A stretch of DNA of 64,000 nt, from assembly GCF_964213995.1 (NCBI RefSeq), contig NC_135804.1:2976001-3040000 (forward strand), given 5' to 3'. The DNA comes from Mustelus asterias. Lineage: Eukaryota. The position numbers and the translations under genes are program-made. Under the pieces are notes generated by a model. That model made no database searches. It saw nothing but the letters and a program-made list of their open reading frames with translations, and was not told the DNA's origin. Positions 50,384 through 61,500 of this stretch are shown one piece after another. Numbering within the stretch: position 1 is the stretch's first letter; each line of letters starts with the position of its first letter.

Positions 50384-50568
50384 TAAAACAGAAAATGCCG
50401 GAAAAACCCAGCAGGTTTGGTAGCTTCCCTGTAGAGAAGAACATGTTTCGAGACTGATGCTTCTTCAGAACTAGCTCCTTTAGCTGTCAGACCTACTGAG
50501 TTTTTCCAGTATCCACTTCTTCTTCATCAGATTTCCAGCATCTGCAGTATTTCACTTTTATTGTGGTA
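50384..50568. mobile_element. Older foldback PLE-terminus insertion (family B-like)
   Basis: Antisense terminus including a CUGAAGA...GAAAC motif (50438-50472, minus), then a sense terminus; imperfect 9-bp TSD caactgagt (50375-50383) / catctgagt (50569-50577). Confidence 0.65.
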
Positions 50569-52181
50569 CATCTGAGTATCTTGCTAGGCCATTTCTAAAG
50601 AGCAGTTCCAGTCTGCTGTCACATGGAGTCACATGTAAGAATGGTAGATTCCTTCCCTAAAGGGCATTAGTGAGCCAGTTGGGTTGTAACTTTAGAAGAA
50701 ACCATACCACAGCATGTATATAAATGTTTCTGCTGCATCGGCAATGGATTAGCTGATGATTTGACCTGCCTGTGTTGTGCAATTGTCTAATATCTGGCCT
50801 GCACAGACCTTTGCCCCTTTGTAACTGTTGGGGGTAAGGTCTGTGGCCAGGGATGAGGTCAGAAATCTGTTCAAATAGCTTTTCAAGAGCAATTTGCTGC
50901 TCTGATGCTGTGGAATTCAACTTGGAATGTAAATTGGACAAATTCACAGCACCAGGAGTCTGGGATGCTACAGAACTATCACAGAAGAATGTTTTGGAGC
51001 ACAAAAGGGCCCCGTAAAGTTCAACAGGTCCATCCTTTTTCAATTGAATTGCTGTACGCTCAACAACTAGCATATAAAAGTTTGATTGTGTTAGTATGTT
51101 ATATGCTTCGCTTTTCAAATAATTTATTCAAAAAATTTGGTTACATTCTGAATTTTAGTGAACTGTTCTTTTTTTTAAAAAAGGGACACTGATACTGAGA
51201 GGAGTTATTTCACTGTTGCATTCCACTGTGATTTCATTTGCTATTTTAGTCCTCGTGACGACTTAATACCTTTTGAAGAGGGGCTAATGGTTTTAGAGAA
51301 TAATCACATTGGGGATTTAATAGTCAAAGCTGTTGTGACTGCTGGACTGGGTGAGTGCTACAGTAAACATGAATAAGCTGTTACGGACTGGTGTGTTTAA
51401 ACTTCATTAGGGCAATTTGCAAAAACTAATGCACTGCAAGTATATTTTGTTAGCATCCAGACAGATGTTTCAAGTGCTGTTGACCACATTTTGATCAGTT
51501 TTATCACGGTGAAAGTTGACATTTATTCCTTTTTAGTTCTTTGTTCTCCTCTACTTCCCCGTTTCTTCTAAAGCTGCACCTCCCCTTAGTGACCTGCAAT
51601 TAAATACTTGTGTGTCTCCATTACCTTTTCCAAAATGAGCAGTTAGTCCTGTGAGAACTTGGACAGTGGATATTGTCAATTTATTTGACCGCAAGATGAT
51701 TGGGTTTGGTGTGCGTGTCCAGCCTAATGTTGTCCTCACCACACTTGGGAATGCTTTCCTGGCAGGTGTGATCGATCAGAGCAAAATCCTATCCACTATT
51801 TTCCCCCATTGTAAAGAGGCCAAATTAAATGTGCCTTTGTTGCTTCACCCCTCTTATTGGTGAGCAAACTGTACAGAGCAAGCAGCAAATACTCTGGCCA
51901 TCCTCATCATATGATGCAGCTTTTTGCTGAGGTTTTTGTGATGTTTTTAACCTGAATAATGCTTCGATGGGATTACAAACCTAATAATACTTTGCAGAAC
52001 ACCGAATTAGTTGACTGTATTTCTTTAACGGCAAAATTGGCTTTGTGTACAGGCATTTTTTTATCTTTATCTTTGTAGAATCTTACATAATAGGAGGTCA
52101 GTGGCCTATTGAGTCTGTGTCTGTCTTTGTTGCCTTCATCTGTTTCTCTGTTGTATTGGGAGAGTGGAACTAGAGGGGAGT

Positions 52182-52469
52182 GTGGCATGGTGGTGTAGTG
52201 GTTAGTACTGCTGCCTCACAGGTCCAGGACTTGGGTTCGATTCCGGCCTTGGGTGACTGTGTGGAGTTTGCACGCTCTCTGCATGGGTTTCCTCCGGGTG
52301 CTCCAGTTTCCTCCCACACTCCAAAGATGTGCAGGTTAGGTGGATTGGCCATGCTAAATTGCCCCTTAGTGCCAGGGGGACTAGCAGAGTAAATGCGTGG
52401 GGTTACAGGGATGGGGCTTGGGTGGGATTGTTGATGGTGGCTTCCTTCTGCACTGTAGGGATTCTATGA
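52182..52469 (+). mobile_element. HE1-type V-SINE with CR1 tail
   Basis: A and B boxes, V core, ctgtagggattctatg tail; flanking repeat gaggggagt at 52173-52181 and 52476-52484. Confidence 0.9.
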
Positions 52470-52899
52470 AAACCTGAGGGGAGTAAATTGTTTAAAGCAT
52501 TCTTCTCTTGACCCCCAAATGTGTCAATTTTAAAGTGGCTATTGGCTGGTAAGAAATTTTCAAAGCTTGGCTCCTAATGTTTCTGCACCCCTGCCCTGTA
52601 CTGACGCCAGTTATGAGCATTGCTCACACCTGGAGTTGATCCATTCTCTAACACTGCAGTTCAATGTATTGCTACTGTTAAACCTTCAGTTAGAACGCTT
52701 GATGAATCAAGTAACCTTCTTTGAGTAAATATTCTAGAATAAAGCATGTTTTTTTAGGTAAGTGCTTCCAGAAAGAGAACAGAAAGTTAATACACCTCTT
52801 TACAGAAAAATAGGTCCACTTTGTGACAGCTGGAGAGTGGGTCTCAATCGGGGCAGTTAAGTCTGCCAGAGCACGCATTGTTAAGGGAAAATACTCCCA

Positions 52900-53240
52900 A
52901 TTATATAGTGCCTTTTCCAACCTCAGCAATTGCCCAAAGTGCTTTACAATCAGTGAAGTTCTTTTGAAGTGTAGTCACTGTTGTAATATAGGAAATATTG
53001 TACATAGCAAGCTCCCACAAACAGCAATGTGGTAAATGACCAGATCATCTGTGTTTTTTAAGTGTTGTCATTTGAGGGATGAATATTGGCGAGAACTCTG
53101 TTATTCTGCGAAATGACAGCATGGGATTTTTTATGCCACCATAAAGGGTCTTAGTTTAATGGCTCAAGTCTTCAGAGTGGGACTGTGAACCAATTACCTT
53201 GCAGCTTCTGAAGCGAGAGTGCTAGCCACTGAACCATAGC
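52900..53240 (-). mobile_element. Deu-domain SINE remnant
   Basis: Collinear with the reverse complement of the 34035 family (agtgggac...gcgagagtgctagccactga). Confidence 0.65.
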
Positions 53241-53491
53241 TTCCAGTTTATGGTTTACAGTCTGCCTGAGCTGCTCAAGTTTATGGAGAGACAGCTGTTC
53301 TGTAACCCGATCCTGCTCAGCATTGTGTGGCTGTGTTGGAGCACAGCCTTACCAGTGTATATATTGGGTGAGAACAGGATTAGGTTAAGCTGTGATGACT
53401 ACTGTGGGTGAATAGCTTGTTATCTAGATTAAAATATGGAGTGACATTTAATCAGAGCTTGTGGAAACGAACCCCAACAAAGAGTTGATGC

Positions 53492-54525
53492 CTTACAGAG
53501 AAGGCCAAAAAAGAATTGGTGAAAAGAAATATTCAGCCGACTGCCTGGACCTGCCAGTTGTACATGACCTGCATTTTGTTTTTGTGTTTATTTTTATATC
53601 ACAACTTGTATCATGCACTTGTCATGAAAGAAAAGTCAGTCTAAAAGTAACTTGTCCAGAGATGCACAGGGTTCGCAGCAGGTTTTATAGCCTTGGTTTT
53701 CAAACTGAGGCTCCTGGATCTTTGGGGGCAGTGGGATCTGAGAGATCATTGATACTTCATCAGCTTCCATTCTGTCAGTTTGTTAACTGACTGCCGTGAT
53801 ATTTCTGTTGCTCTGTGCAAATAAACCATTTGCTGCCATGACAGGCCTGTGCTTTTAATTGCTGACAGTCTTTTGGAAGTTGTGTTGGGAAGCTGTCAAT
53901 GTTTGGAGTAAATGAGCGCCTAGGAATCTGACTATATTCTGACTTGCTGCTCCACCTCACATGATAACCCCTTGGGTTCTGTTGCAAAACACATGTTTAA
54001 TCATAGAATAGAATCATAGAAACCCTACAGTGTAGAAAGAGGCCATTCGGCCCATCGAGTCTAGACCGACCACAATCCCACCCAGGCCCTACCCCCATAT
54101 CCCTATATATTTACCCGCTAATCCCTCTAACCTACCCATCTCAAGACACTAAGGGGCAATTTTAGCATGGCCAATCAACCTAACCCGCACATCTTTGGAC
54201 TGTGGGAGGAAACTGGAGCACCCGGAGGAAACCCACGCAGACACGAGGAGAATGTGCAAACTCCACACAGACAGTGACCCAAGCCGGGAATCGACCCCAG
54301 GTCCCTGGAGCTGTGAAGCAGCAGTGCTAACCACTGTGCTACCGTGCCGCGTCCATGTGCCATGTTAGACTGACTTTTCTTTCATGACAAGTGCATGATA
54401 CAAGTTGTGATATAAAAATAAACACAAAAACAAAATGCATCACTGCAGGTCATGTACAACTGGCAGGTCCAGGCAGTCGGCTGAATATTTCTTTTCACCA
54501 ATTCTTTTTTGGCCTTCTCTGTAAG
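53492..54525. repeat. Near-perfect inverted duplication 53492-53644 / 54365-54525
   Basis: 153-bp and 161-bp arms; on manual alignment they differ only by an 8-bp indel (gtgatgca) bounded by tgca microhomology. Confidence 0.93.
54001..54350 (-). mobile_element. Full-length young HE1 V-SINE
   Basis: Complete head, V core and CR1 tail; nearly identical to 60346-60689. Confidence 0.95.
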
Positions 54526-54578
54526 TATGAATATACATTTTTGTTTTAAAAAGAAAATCAGATCCTTGTGGGACCTTC

Positions 54579-55131
54579 TTTGATTTGATTTATTATTGTC
54601 ACATGTATTAACATACAGTGAAAAGTATTGTTTCTTGCATGCTATACAGACACAGCATACCATTCATAGAGAAGGAAACGAGAGTGTGCAGAATGTAGTG
54701 TGACAGTCATAGCTAGGGTGTAGAGAAAGATCAATTTAATGCAAGGTAAGTCCATTCAAAAGTCTGACAGCAGCAGGGAAGATGATGTTCTTGAGTCGGT
54801 TAGTACGTGACCTCAGAATTTTGTATCTTTTTCCCAATGGAAGATGGCGGAAGAGAGAATGTCCGGGGGGCGTGGGGTCCTTAATTATGCTGGTTGCTTT
54901 GCTGAGGCAGCGGGAAATGTAGACAGAGTCAATGGATGGGAGGCTGCTTTGCGTGGATTGGGCTACATTCAAGACCTTTTGTAGTTCTTTGCGATCTTGG
55001 GCAGAGCAGGAACCATCCCAAGCTGTGATACAACCAGAAAGAATGCTTTCTATGATGCATCTGTAAAAGGTGGTGAGAGTTGGAGCTGACATGTCAAATT
55101 TCCCTCGACTTCTGAGAAAGTGGAGGCATTG
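54579..55131 (-). mobile_element. Rex1/Babar LINE 3' fragment
   Basis: FYRCIIESILSGCITAW...RTNRLKN; (AAATC)n tail. Confidence 0.9.
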
Positions 55132-55158
55132 TATTTTATTCCTTTCAAATAGGTTGCA

Positions 55159-55474
55159 ATTCATAGAATTCCTACAGTGCAGAAAGAGGCCATTTGGCCC
55201 GTCGAGCCTGCACTGACCACAATCTGACCCAGGCCCTATCCCCATAACCTCACACATTTACCCTGCTAATTCTCCTGACACTAAGGGGCAATTTAGCATC
55301 GCCAATCCATCTAACCCGCACATCTTTGGAGTGTAAGAGAAAACTAGAGCACCCGGGGAAACCCATGCAGACACTGGGAGAACGTGCAAACTCCACACAG
55401 ACAGTAACCCAAGCCAGGAATCGAACCTGGGTCCCTGGCGCTATGAGGCAGCAGTGCTAATCACTGTGCCGCCC
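55159..55474 (-). mobile_element. HE1 V-SINE
   Basis: Head, V core and CR1 tail on the minus strand. Confidence 0.92.
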
Positions 55475-55572
55475 AGTGAAACTTAAAAGATGACTCTAGA
55501 TGGCCTTCATAACTAAACTGCCACAATATTGAAAGAAAGGCTCGCACTTATAACGTGTCTTTTACATCAAAA

Positions 55573-56102
55573 GAGAACATAGAACAGTACAGCACAGTAC
55601 AGGCCCTTCGCCCCTCGATGTTGTGCCGAGCTTAGTTCGAAACCAAGATCAAGCTATCCCACTCCCTATCATCCTGGTGTGCTCCATGTGCCTATCCAAT
55701 AACCGCTTGAAAGTTCCTAAAGTGTCCGACTCCACTATCACAGCAGGCAGTCCATTCCGCACCCCAACCACTCTCTGAGTAAAGAACCTACCTCGGTCAT
55801 CCCTCCTGTATCTCCCACCATGAACCTTATAGTTATGCCCCCTAGTAACAGCTACACCCACCCGAGGAAATAGCCTCTGAACGTCCATTCTATCTATCCC
55901 CCTCATCATCTTATAAACCTCTATTAAGTCGCCTCTCATCCTCCTCCACTCTAAAGAGAAAAGCCCTAGCTCCCTCAACCTTTCCTCATAAGACCTACCC
56001 TCCAAACTAGGCAGCATCCTGGTAAATCTCCTCTGCACTCTCTCCAATGCTTCCACATCCTTCTTATAGTGAGGTGACCAGAACTGCACACAATATTCCA
56101 AA
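55573..56102 (-). mobile_element. CR1 LINE 3' fragment
   Basis: ORF 55649-56134: LEYCVQFWSPHYKKDVEALERVQRRFTRMLP...; tail tgttctatgttct. Confidence 0.92.
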
Positions 56103-58730
56103 ATACTGAAAAATCTCAGCAAGTCTGGCAGCATCTATAAGGAGAGAAAAGAGCTGACATTTCGAGTCCAGACAACCCTTTGTCAAAGCTAAAACATATA
56201 GAAAGTGGGAGATATTTATACTGCAGGGGGAGGGAATGAAAGGTGAGTCATAGCCACAGAAACCAGGGGTAAAGACTGCTATTGGCTGTCCACAGAGAGA
56301 ATAAAGGGTGTGAATGGCCAAACGGCAGAGAAGCTGAAATCAGAGGGTAAACTGTGATAGATGGAGATGTTGGGGGAAGGGGGGAAAATGGATGGGACAG
56401 AGGTAAAATTTAGAAAAGGGGGAGAGAAGGTAAGGGAAGGGGGATAAAGCAGGGGGAAAGAGTGTGTGGGGGGGGGGAAGAAAAATGAAGAAAGACAATA
56501 ATGAAATAAAAGGTAGAGAACAGTAAAAAATTAAAATAGAATGAAAACAAAGGGGTGGAGGTGGGGTAGAGCGAATCATCTGAAGTTGTTGAATTCGATG
56601 TTGAGACCGGAAGGCTGTAAAGTGCCGAGCCGGAAGATGAGATCCTGTTCCTCCAGTTTGTGTTGAGCTTCACTGGAACATTGCAGCAGGCCAAGGACAG
56701 ACATGTGGGCATGGGAGCAGGATCGTGTGTTAAAATGGCAGCAACCGGAAGGTCAGGGTCCTGATTGTGCTCAGCAAAGCGATCACCCAGTCTACGCTTG
56801 GTCTCTCTGACATAGAGGAGACCACATTGGGAGCAGCGAATCCAATAGACCAAATTGAAAGAGGTACAAGTGAAACACTGCTTAACCTGGAATGAGTGTT
56901 TTGGACCTTGGATGGTGAACATGGAAGAGGTAAAGGGACAGGTGTTACACGTTCTGTGATTGCATGGGAAAGTGCCATGCGTGACGGGAGAGGTGTTGGG
57001 TATAGTGGAGGAATGGACTAGGTTATCCCGGAGGGAATGGTCTCTGCGGAATGCTGACAGAGGGAGTGAAGGGAAGATGTGTTTGGTGGTGGCATCACGC
57101 TGGAGTTGGCAAAAATGGAGGAGGATTATGCTTTGCATGTGGAAGCTGGCCGGGTGAAATGTGAAAAGAAGGGGGGGCTGTATCCTTGTTCTGGGAGGGA
57201 GGAGAGTGGGTGAGAGTCGTGGCGCAGGAGATGGACTGCATGCTGTTGAGGGCCCTGTTGACAACTGTAGATGGGAATCCACAGTTGAGGAAAAAGGAAC
57301 ATATATTAGAAGCACTGCTTTAGAAAGTAGCAATATCAGAACAAATGCGCCAGGGTGAAGGAGCTGAAAGAAAGGGATGGAGTCCTGACAGGATGTGGGG
57401 TGTGAAGAGCTGTAGTCCAGATAGCTGTGGGAATCAGTGGACTTGTAGTGGATATTGGTGGATAGTCTATTGCCAGAAATGGAGACAGAAAGGTCAAGGA
57501 AGGGGTGGGAAGTGTCTGAGATGGACCAGGTGAAGGTGATGGAGGGGTGGAAACTGGAAGCGAAGTTGATGAATTTTTCGAGGTCTGGACGAGAGCATGA
57601 AGCGGCAGCAGAATAGTCACTGATGTACCGGTAAAGGAGTTGTGGGAGGGGACCCGGGTAGGCCTGGAACAAGGAATGTTCCACATACCCCATAAAAAGA
57701 CAAGCGTAGCAAGGACCCATGCAGGTACCCATTGCTACTCCTTTGATTTGGAGAAAGTGGGATGAGTGAAAGGAGAAGTTGTTGAGAGATAGAACGAGTT
57801 CAGCCAGGCGGAGGAGGGCGGTGGTGGATGGGAATTGTTCAGGCCTCTTTTCAAGAAAGAAGCTAAGAGCTCTCAGGCCGTCCTGGTGTGGGATGGAGGT
57901 GTAGAGAGAGATTGCACATCCATGGTGAATAGGAGGTGGTTAGGGCTGTCAATATGATGCAGGGCATCAGAGGAATCCCGGATGTAGGTGGGGAGGGAAT
58001 GGAGCAGGGGAGCGAGGATGGAGTTAGGGTAAGAGGAAATAAGTTCAGTGAGGCAGGAGCATGCTGACACAATGGGCCTACCAGGACAGTCCTTTTGGTG
58101 GATTTTGGGAAGTCGGTAGAAGCGGGCTGTCTGGGGTTGGGACACTGAAGTTGGAAGCTGTGGGGGGAAGGCATCGGAGGAAATGAGGTCAGTGATAGTG
58201 TTGGAGATAACGGTTTGATGTTCAGTGGTGTGGTCATGGTCCAGGGGGAGGTGGGAAGAAGTATTTGAGAGTTGGCGCTCAGCCTCTGCGAGGTAGAGGT
58301 CAGCACGCCCGACAACAACAACACTCCCTTTGTCAGCAGGTTTGATGACAATGTCAGGGTTGGACCTGAGGGAGCGAAGGGCGGAAAGTTTGGAAGGAGA
58401 GAGGTTGGAATGGGTGAGGGGGGCAAAAAAATTGAGACGGCCAATGTCCTGTCGACAGTTCCCAATGAAAAGATCAACGTCAGGTAATTGTCCCAGTGGG
58501 GGTGTCCAATTGGAGGCAGAATGTTAGAGGCATGTGAAAGGATCAGTAGAACAGGGGGAGGATTCTTGCCCAAAGAAGTGGGCACGGAGACGAAGGCGAC
58601 GGAAGAAGAGTTCAACAACATGTCAAGCCTGGAATTCATTGAGGTGGGGACATAAGGGTACAAAGCTGAATCCTTTGCTGAGAACAGCACGCTCAGCCTC
58701 AGAGAGGGGAAGGTCGGACGGTATGCCTTT
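56103..58730 (-). mobile_element. Near full-length decayed Penelope-like element (N-terminus, RT, GIY-YIG, 3' pseudo-LTR)
   Basis: LSEAERAVLSKGFSFVP (N-terminus), FYRLPKIH...GRPIVS, MGTCMGPCYACLFM...YRYISD (decayed YIDD) and IRCSQCGLLYVRETKRRLGDRFAEH; multiple frameshifts. Confidence 0.93.
56152..56190 (-). ncRNA. Minimal hammerhead ribozyme motif in the PLE terminus
   Basis: Reverse complement AGCU-UUGACAA-A-GGGUU(GUCUG)GACUC-GAAA-UGUC-AGCU; same fold as 12108-12146. Confidence 0.65.
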
Positions 58731-58764
58731 CACATCCTCTGCAGGGAATTGGGTACTTCTTGAA

Positions 58765-59105
58765 GTTTAGTTGCTGTGCTAAGGTAAGGATTTGTGGCAG
58801 CTAATTGGCGCATAGCAAGCTCCACAAGCAGCACTATGATAATGACCAGATAATTTGTTTAGTGATATTGATTGAGACATAAATAGTGCCCATGATATTG
58901 GGGAGGATTTCTCTGCCCTTTGAAAGAATCTCCTTTTTATGTCCATGTAAAGAACCTTGCTTTAACATCTGATCTGTTCCGTCAACACAGCACTCCCTCG
59001 GTAGTGTTCTGAGTATGTCAGCTTTGATCTTTGTGCTGAGGAGTGGGACTTGAACCTACAATGGCTTTGATCGAAAGGTGAGAATGCTACCCACCAAGCC
59101 ATTGC
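58765..59105 (-). mobile_element. Deu-domain SINE remnant
   Basis: tttaacatct...cagcactccctcggtagtg...gagtgggacttgaacc...gaatgctacccac. Confidence 0.65.
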
Positions 59106-59934
59106 TGGTGCCTTTGGGTTTTATAGGTAAGTGTAGGTAATCTGAAATCTTTCATCAGTTTAAGCTCTCCATGAGTTCTCTTGTTTTTGGTTCTTGGCAT
59201 TAGTACAGTCTTTATTCTCTGCTAACACCAGCAGCAAAATTGGGTTGACAATACCTTGGAAAAGAAAGTGGGAAATATTGATGAGCATCAACTTGCAGTT
59301 TTGTGTCAGTATTGTCAAGTATAATTACATCAGCTGATTGCTGATGTCCTTGGAATGATGCTGGCAATACAATGGAGGGTACAGACAACACAGCAAATGT
59401 TTCAGTACAGATGGTGCGGGTGACAGTGAGTGAATGAATGTGTGGTTGAAGTAATGCAATTTGTAAGTTCTCTCAATGAATGACTCATTCAAACTGGTGC
59501 TTTTTGAGTCCCACAGTGTTTCCACGTTGGGTGTTTTTTTTGTAAGGATTGAATTTGGTTAATATATGTACCGATGGATATATTTGACTTTATTAATTTG
59601 TCTATGTCAACTTTTGATGCAAAGTAATACTGAACTGGACAGAGGATGTGTGTGTCTGATTGTTTACTTTTAAGGAAATGGGTGTTTCTTTGAATTTCCT
59701 TCACTGGAGCATGAAAGTGACATTTTCAAAATTAGTTCTATTCAATTTGAAGTGTTATTTGAAGCAGTCTGAGCTGTTGGTTTAAGCATCTTTTGCTTTC
59801 TACTAGCTTGCTATGGATTTTTCCTTTTGCCCTCTGGTCTGTGTGAAATTTCAAATAGATTTACATGAAAAAAAAACGACAACGCTGAAATTTGGAAAGT
59901 CTCTCTTGAAACTGCCAGAATGAATTATTGTGGA

Positions 59935-59954
59935 GGGGGGGGGGGGGGGGGGGG
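59935..59954 (+). repeat. Poly(G)20 homopolymer
   Basis: Read directly from the sequence. Confidence 0.9.
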
Positions 59955-60059
59955 TTTCACTTCATTTGGTGCAGAGGTCTGCTGCTTTCCTGGGCTGCCT
60001 GATGTTTTATTGTGGGTCAGTCAGCAGGCTTCCCTTGTACTATAATGGAACAAAGTATG

Positions 60060-60980
60060 TAACTGGGTAGAACAGTGCCAGATGAAATGCAATGCAATCC
60101 AGACCCGTGCAAAATATTGCACACAGGAGGGGAAAATGAGCAAGTAACGTAATCAATGAATGCGACAGAAACAATGAGGAAATTGAAGGTGATCTTAACA
60201 AGACTTTGTAGGTTTGATGCTCAACGTGTCCAATCAATGCAGAGCAGTAAATCCACAAAGCCAATAGAATGACTTAACTTAATAACCAAACCACTGGAAT
60301 GCAGCTCAAAGGAAGTTATGGTCAAAGCCTACACTGTGCTACCGTGGGCGGCACGGTAGCACAGTGGGTTAGCACTGCTGCTTCACAGCTCCAGGGTCCC
60401 GGGTTCGATTCCCGGCTCGGGTCACTGTCTGTGTGGAGTTTGCACATTCTCCTCGTGTCTGCGTGGGTTTCCTCCGGGTGCTCCGGTTTCCTCCCACAGT
60501 CCAAAGATGTGCGGGTTAGGTTGATTGGCCATGCTAAAATGCCCCTTAGTGTCCTGGGATGCGTGGATTAGCGGGTAAATATGTAGGGATATGGGGGTAG
60601 GGCCTGGGTGGGATTGTGGTCGGTGCAGACTCAATGGGCCGAATGGCCTCTTTCTGTACTGTCGGGTTTCTATGATTTCTATGATTTCTCTGGTCAGACT
60701 ACCTTGATCACTGATCCCAGAACGAAAGGGAGATACCTGCATACTGAGTTGTTGATATGCCAAGAGATTGATCTTGGAGTACTAATGATCAGGAGAAAAC
60801 TTAAACTTTTAAGCTTTGAAAGGAGGCATTTTGAGAGATGATATGGCATATAAGGAAGTAAGTGGTATGGAAAAGATCAATAACTTTAAACCGAGCTGCG
60901 AGAGTAGCTGAAGGAGATAGAAGTTCATAACAGTAAAAGGTTCATTCATGGAGTTGCTGTTCTGACAGTGTTCAACATAT
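60060..60980 (+). mobile_element. Very old CR1-like fragment interrupted by a SINE
   Basis: WVEQCQMK...CKILH...KANRM-like and LVR motifs, highly decayed. Confidence 0.5.
60346..60689 (+). mobile_element. Full-length young HE1 V-SINE
   Basis: gggcggcacggtagcacagtgg head, B box ggttcgattcc, V core, gggccgaatggcc stem-loop and (TTTCTATGA)n tail. Confidence 0.95.
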
Positions 60981-61500
60981 ATGTTTCCTTTTGTATATTT
61001 GTCAAGGAAAACCCTGGCATGGCTGCATTGCCCATCCCTATTGGTCTGAGCGGGAGTGGAGAGCTTTCTTCTTGAATGCTACAGTCTTCCTGGTAAAGGT
61101 GATTCCAAATCGCTTTGGGTCAAACACTCGTTCTTTTCATAAATTTGTCAAATCACTTGCACAGAAACAGATCATTGACCCAACCACTCCATGCTGGTAT
61201 TTATGCTCCACATGAGCCTCTTCTCACTTCATCCCTTTCTCTCTCACGCCTGTTTAGCTTCTGCTTAAATATATCCATGCAACCACTCGTTGTGGTAACA
61301 TTTTCCACATCCCTGCCACACTCTGGGTAAAGAAATTAAAGGGACGGGTTTTCTAACCAACACTGAACTTGTCCTCATCAGTGTTCAAACACCTGGACTT
61401 CCAGTCAAAGTCAATGGAGAACAGTTGACAATGGGAAGCCTTGTAGATTTTTTCCTTTCTGAGGGTGTGACTGAGACCAACTACAGCACACTATGCATCA

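Noticed and set aside
50657-51118. 153-aa minus-strand ORF in mostly unique sequence
   Set aside because: No recognisable domain, it runs into a SINE remnant, and it has no supporting splice structure.
51651-51863. Protein-looking 70-aa ORF followed by GTGAGC
   Set aside because: No recognised homology and no good upstream acceptor.
59372-59431. ATG-initiated 18-codon segment (MEGTDNTANVSVQMVRVT) ending at GTGAGT
   Set aside because: Could be a first coding exon, but the exonic side of the donor is weak and there is no homology or promoter evidence.
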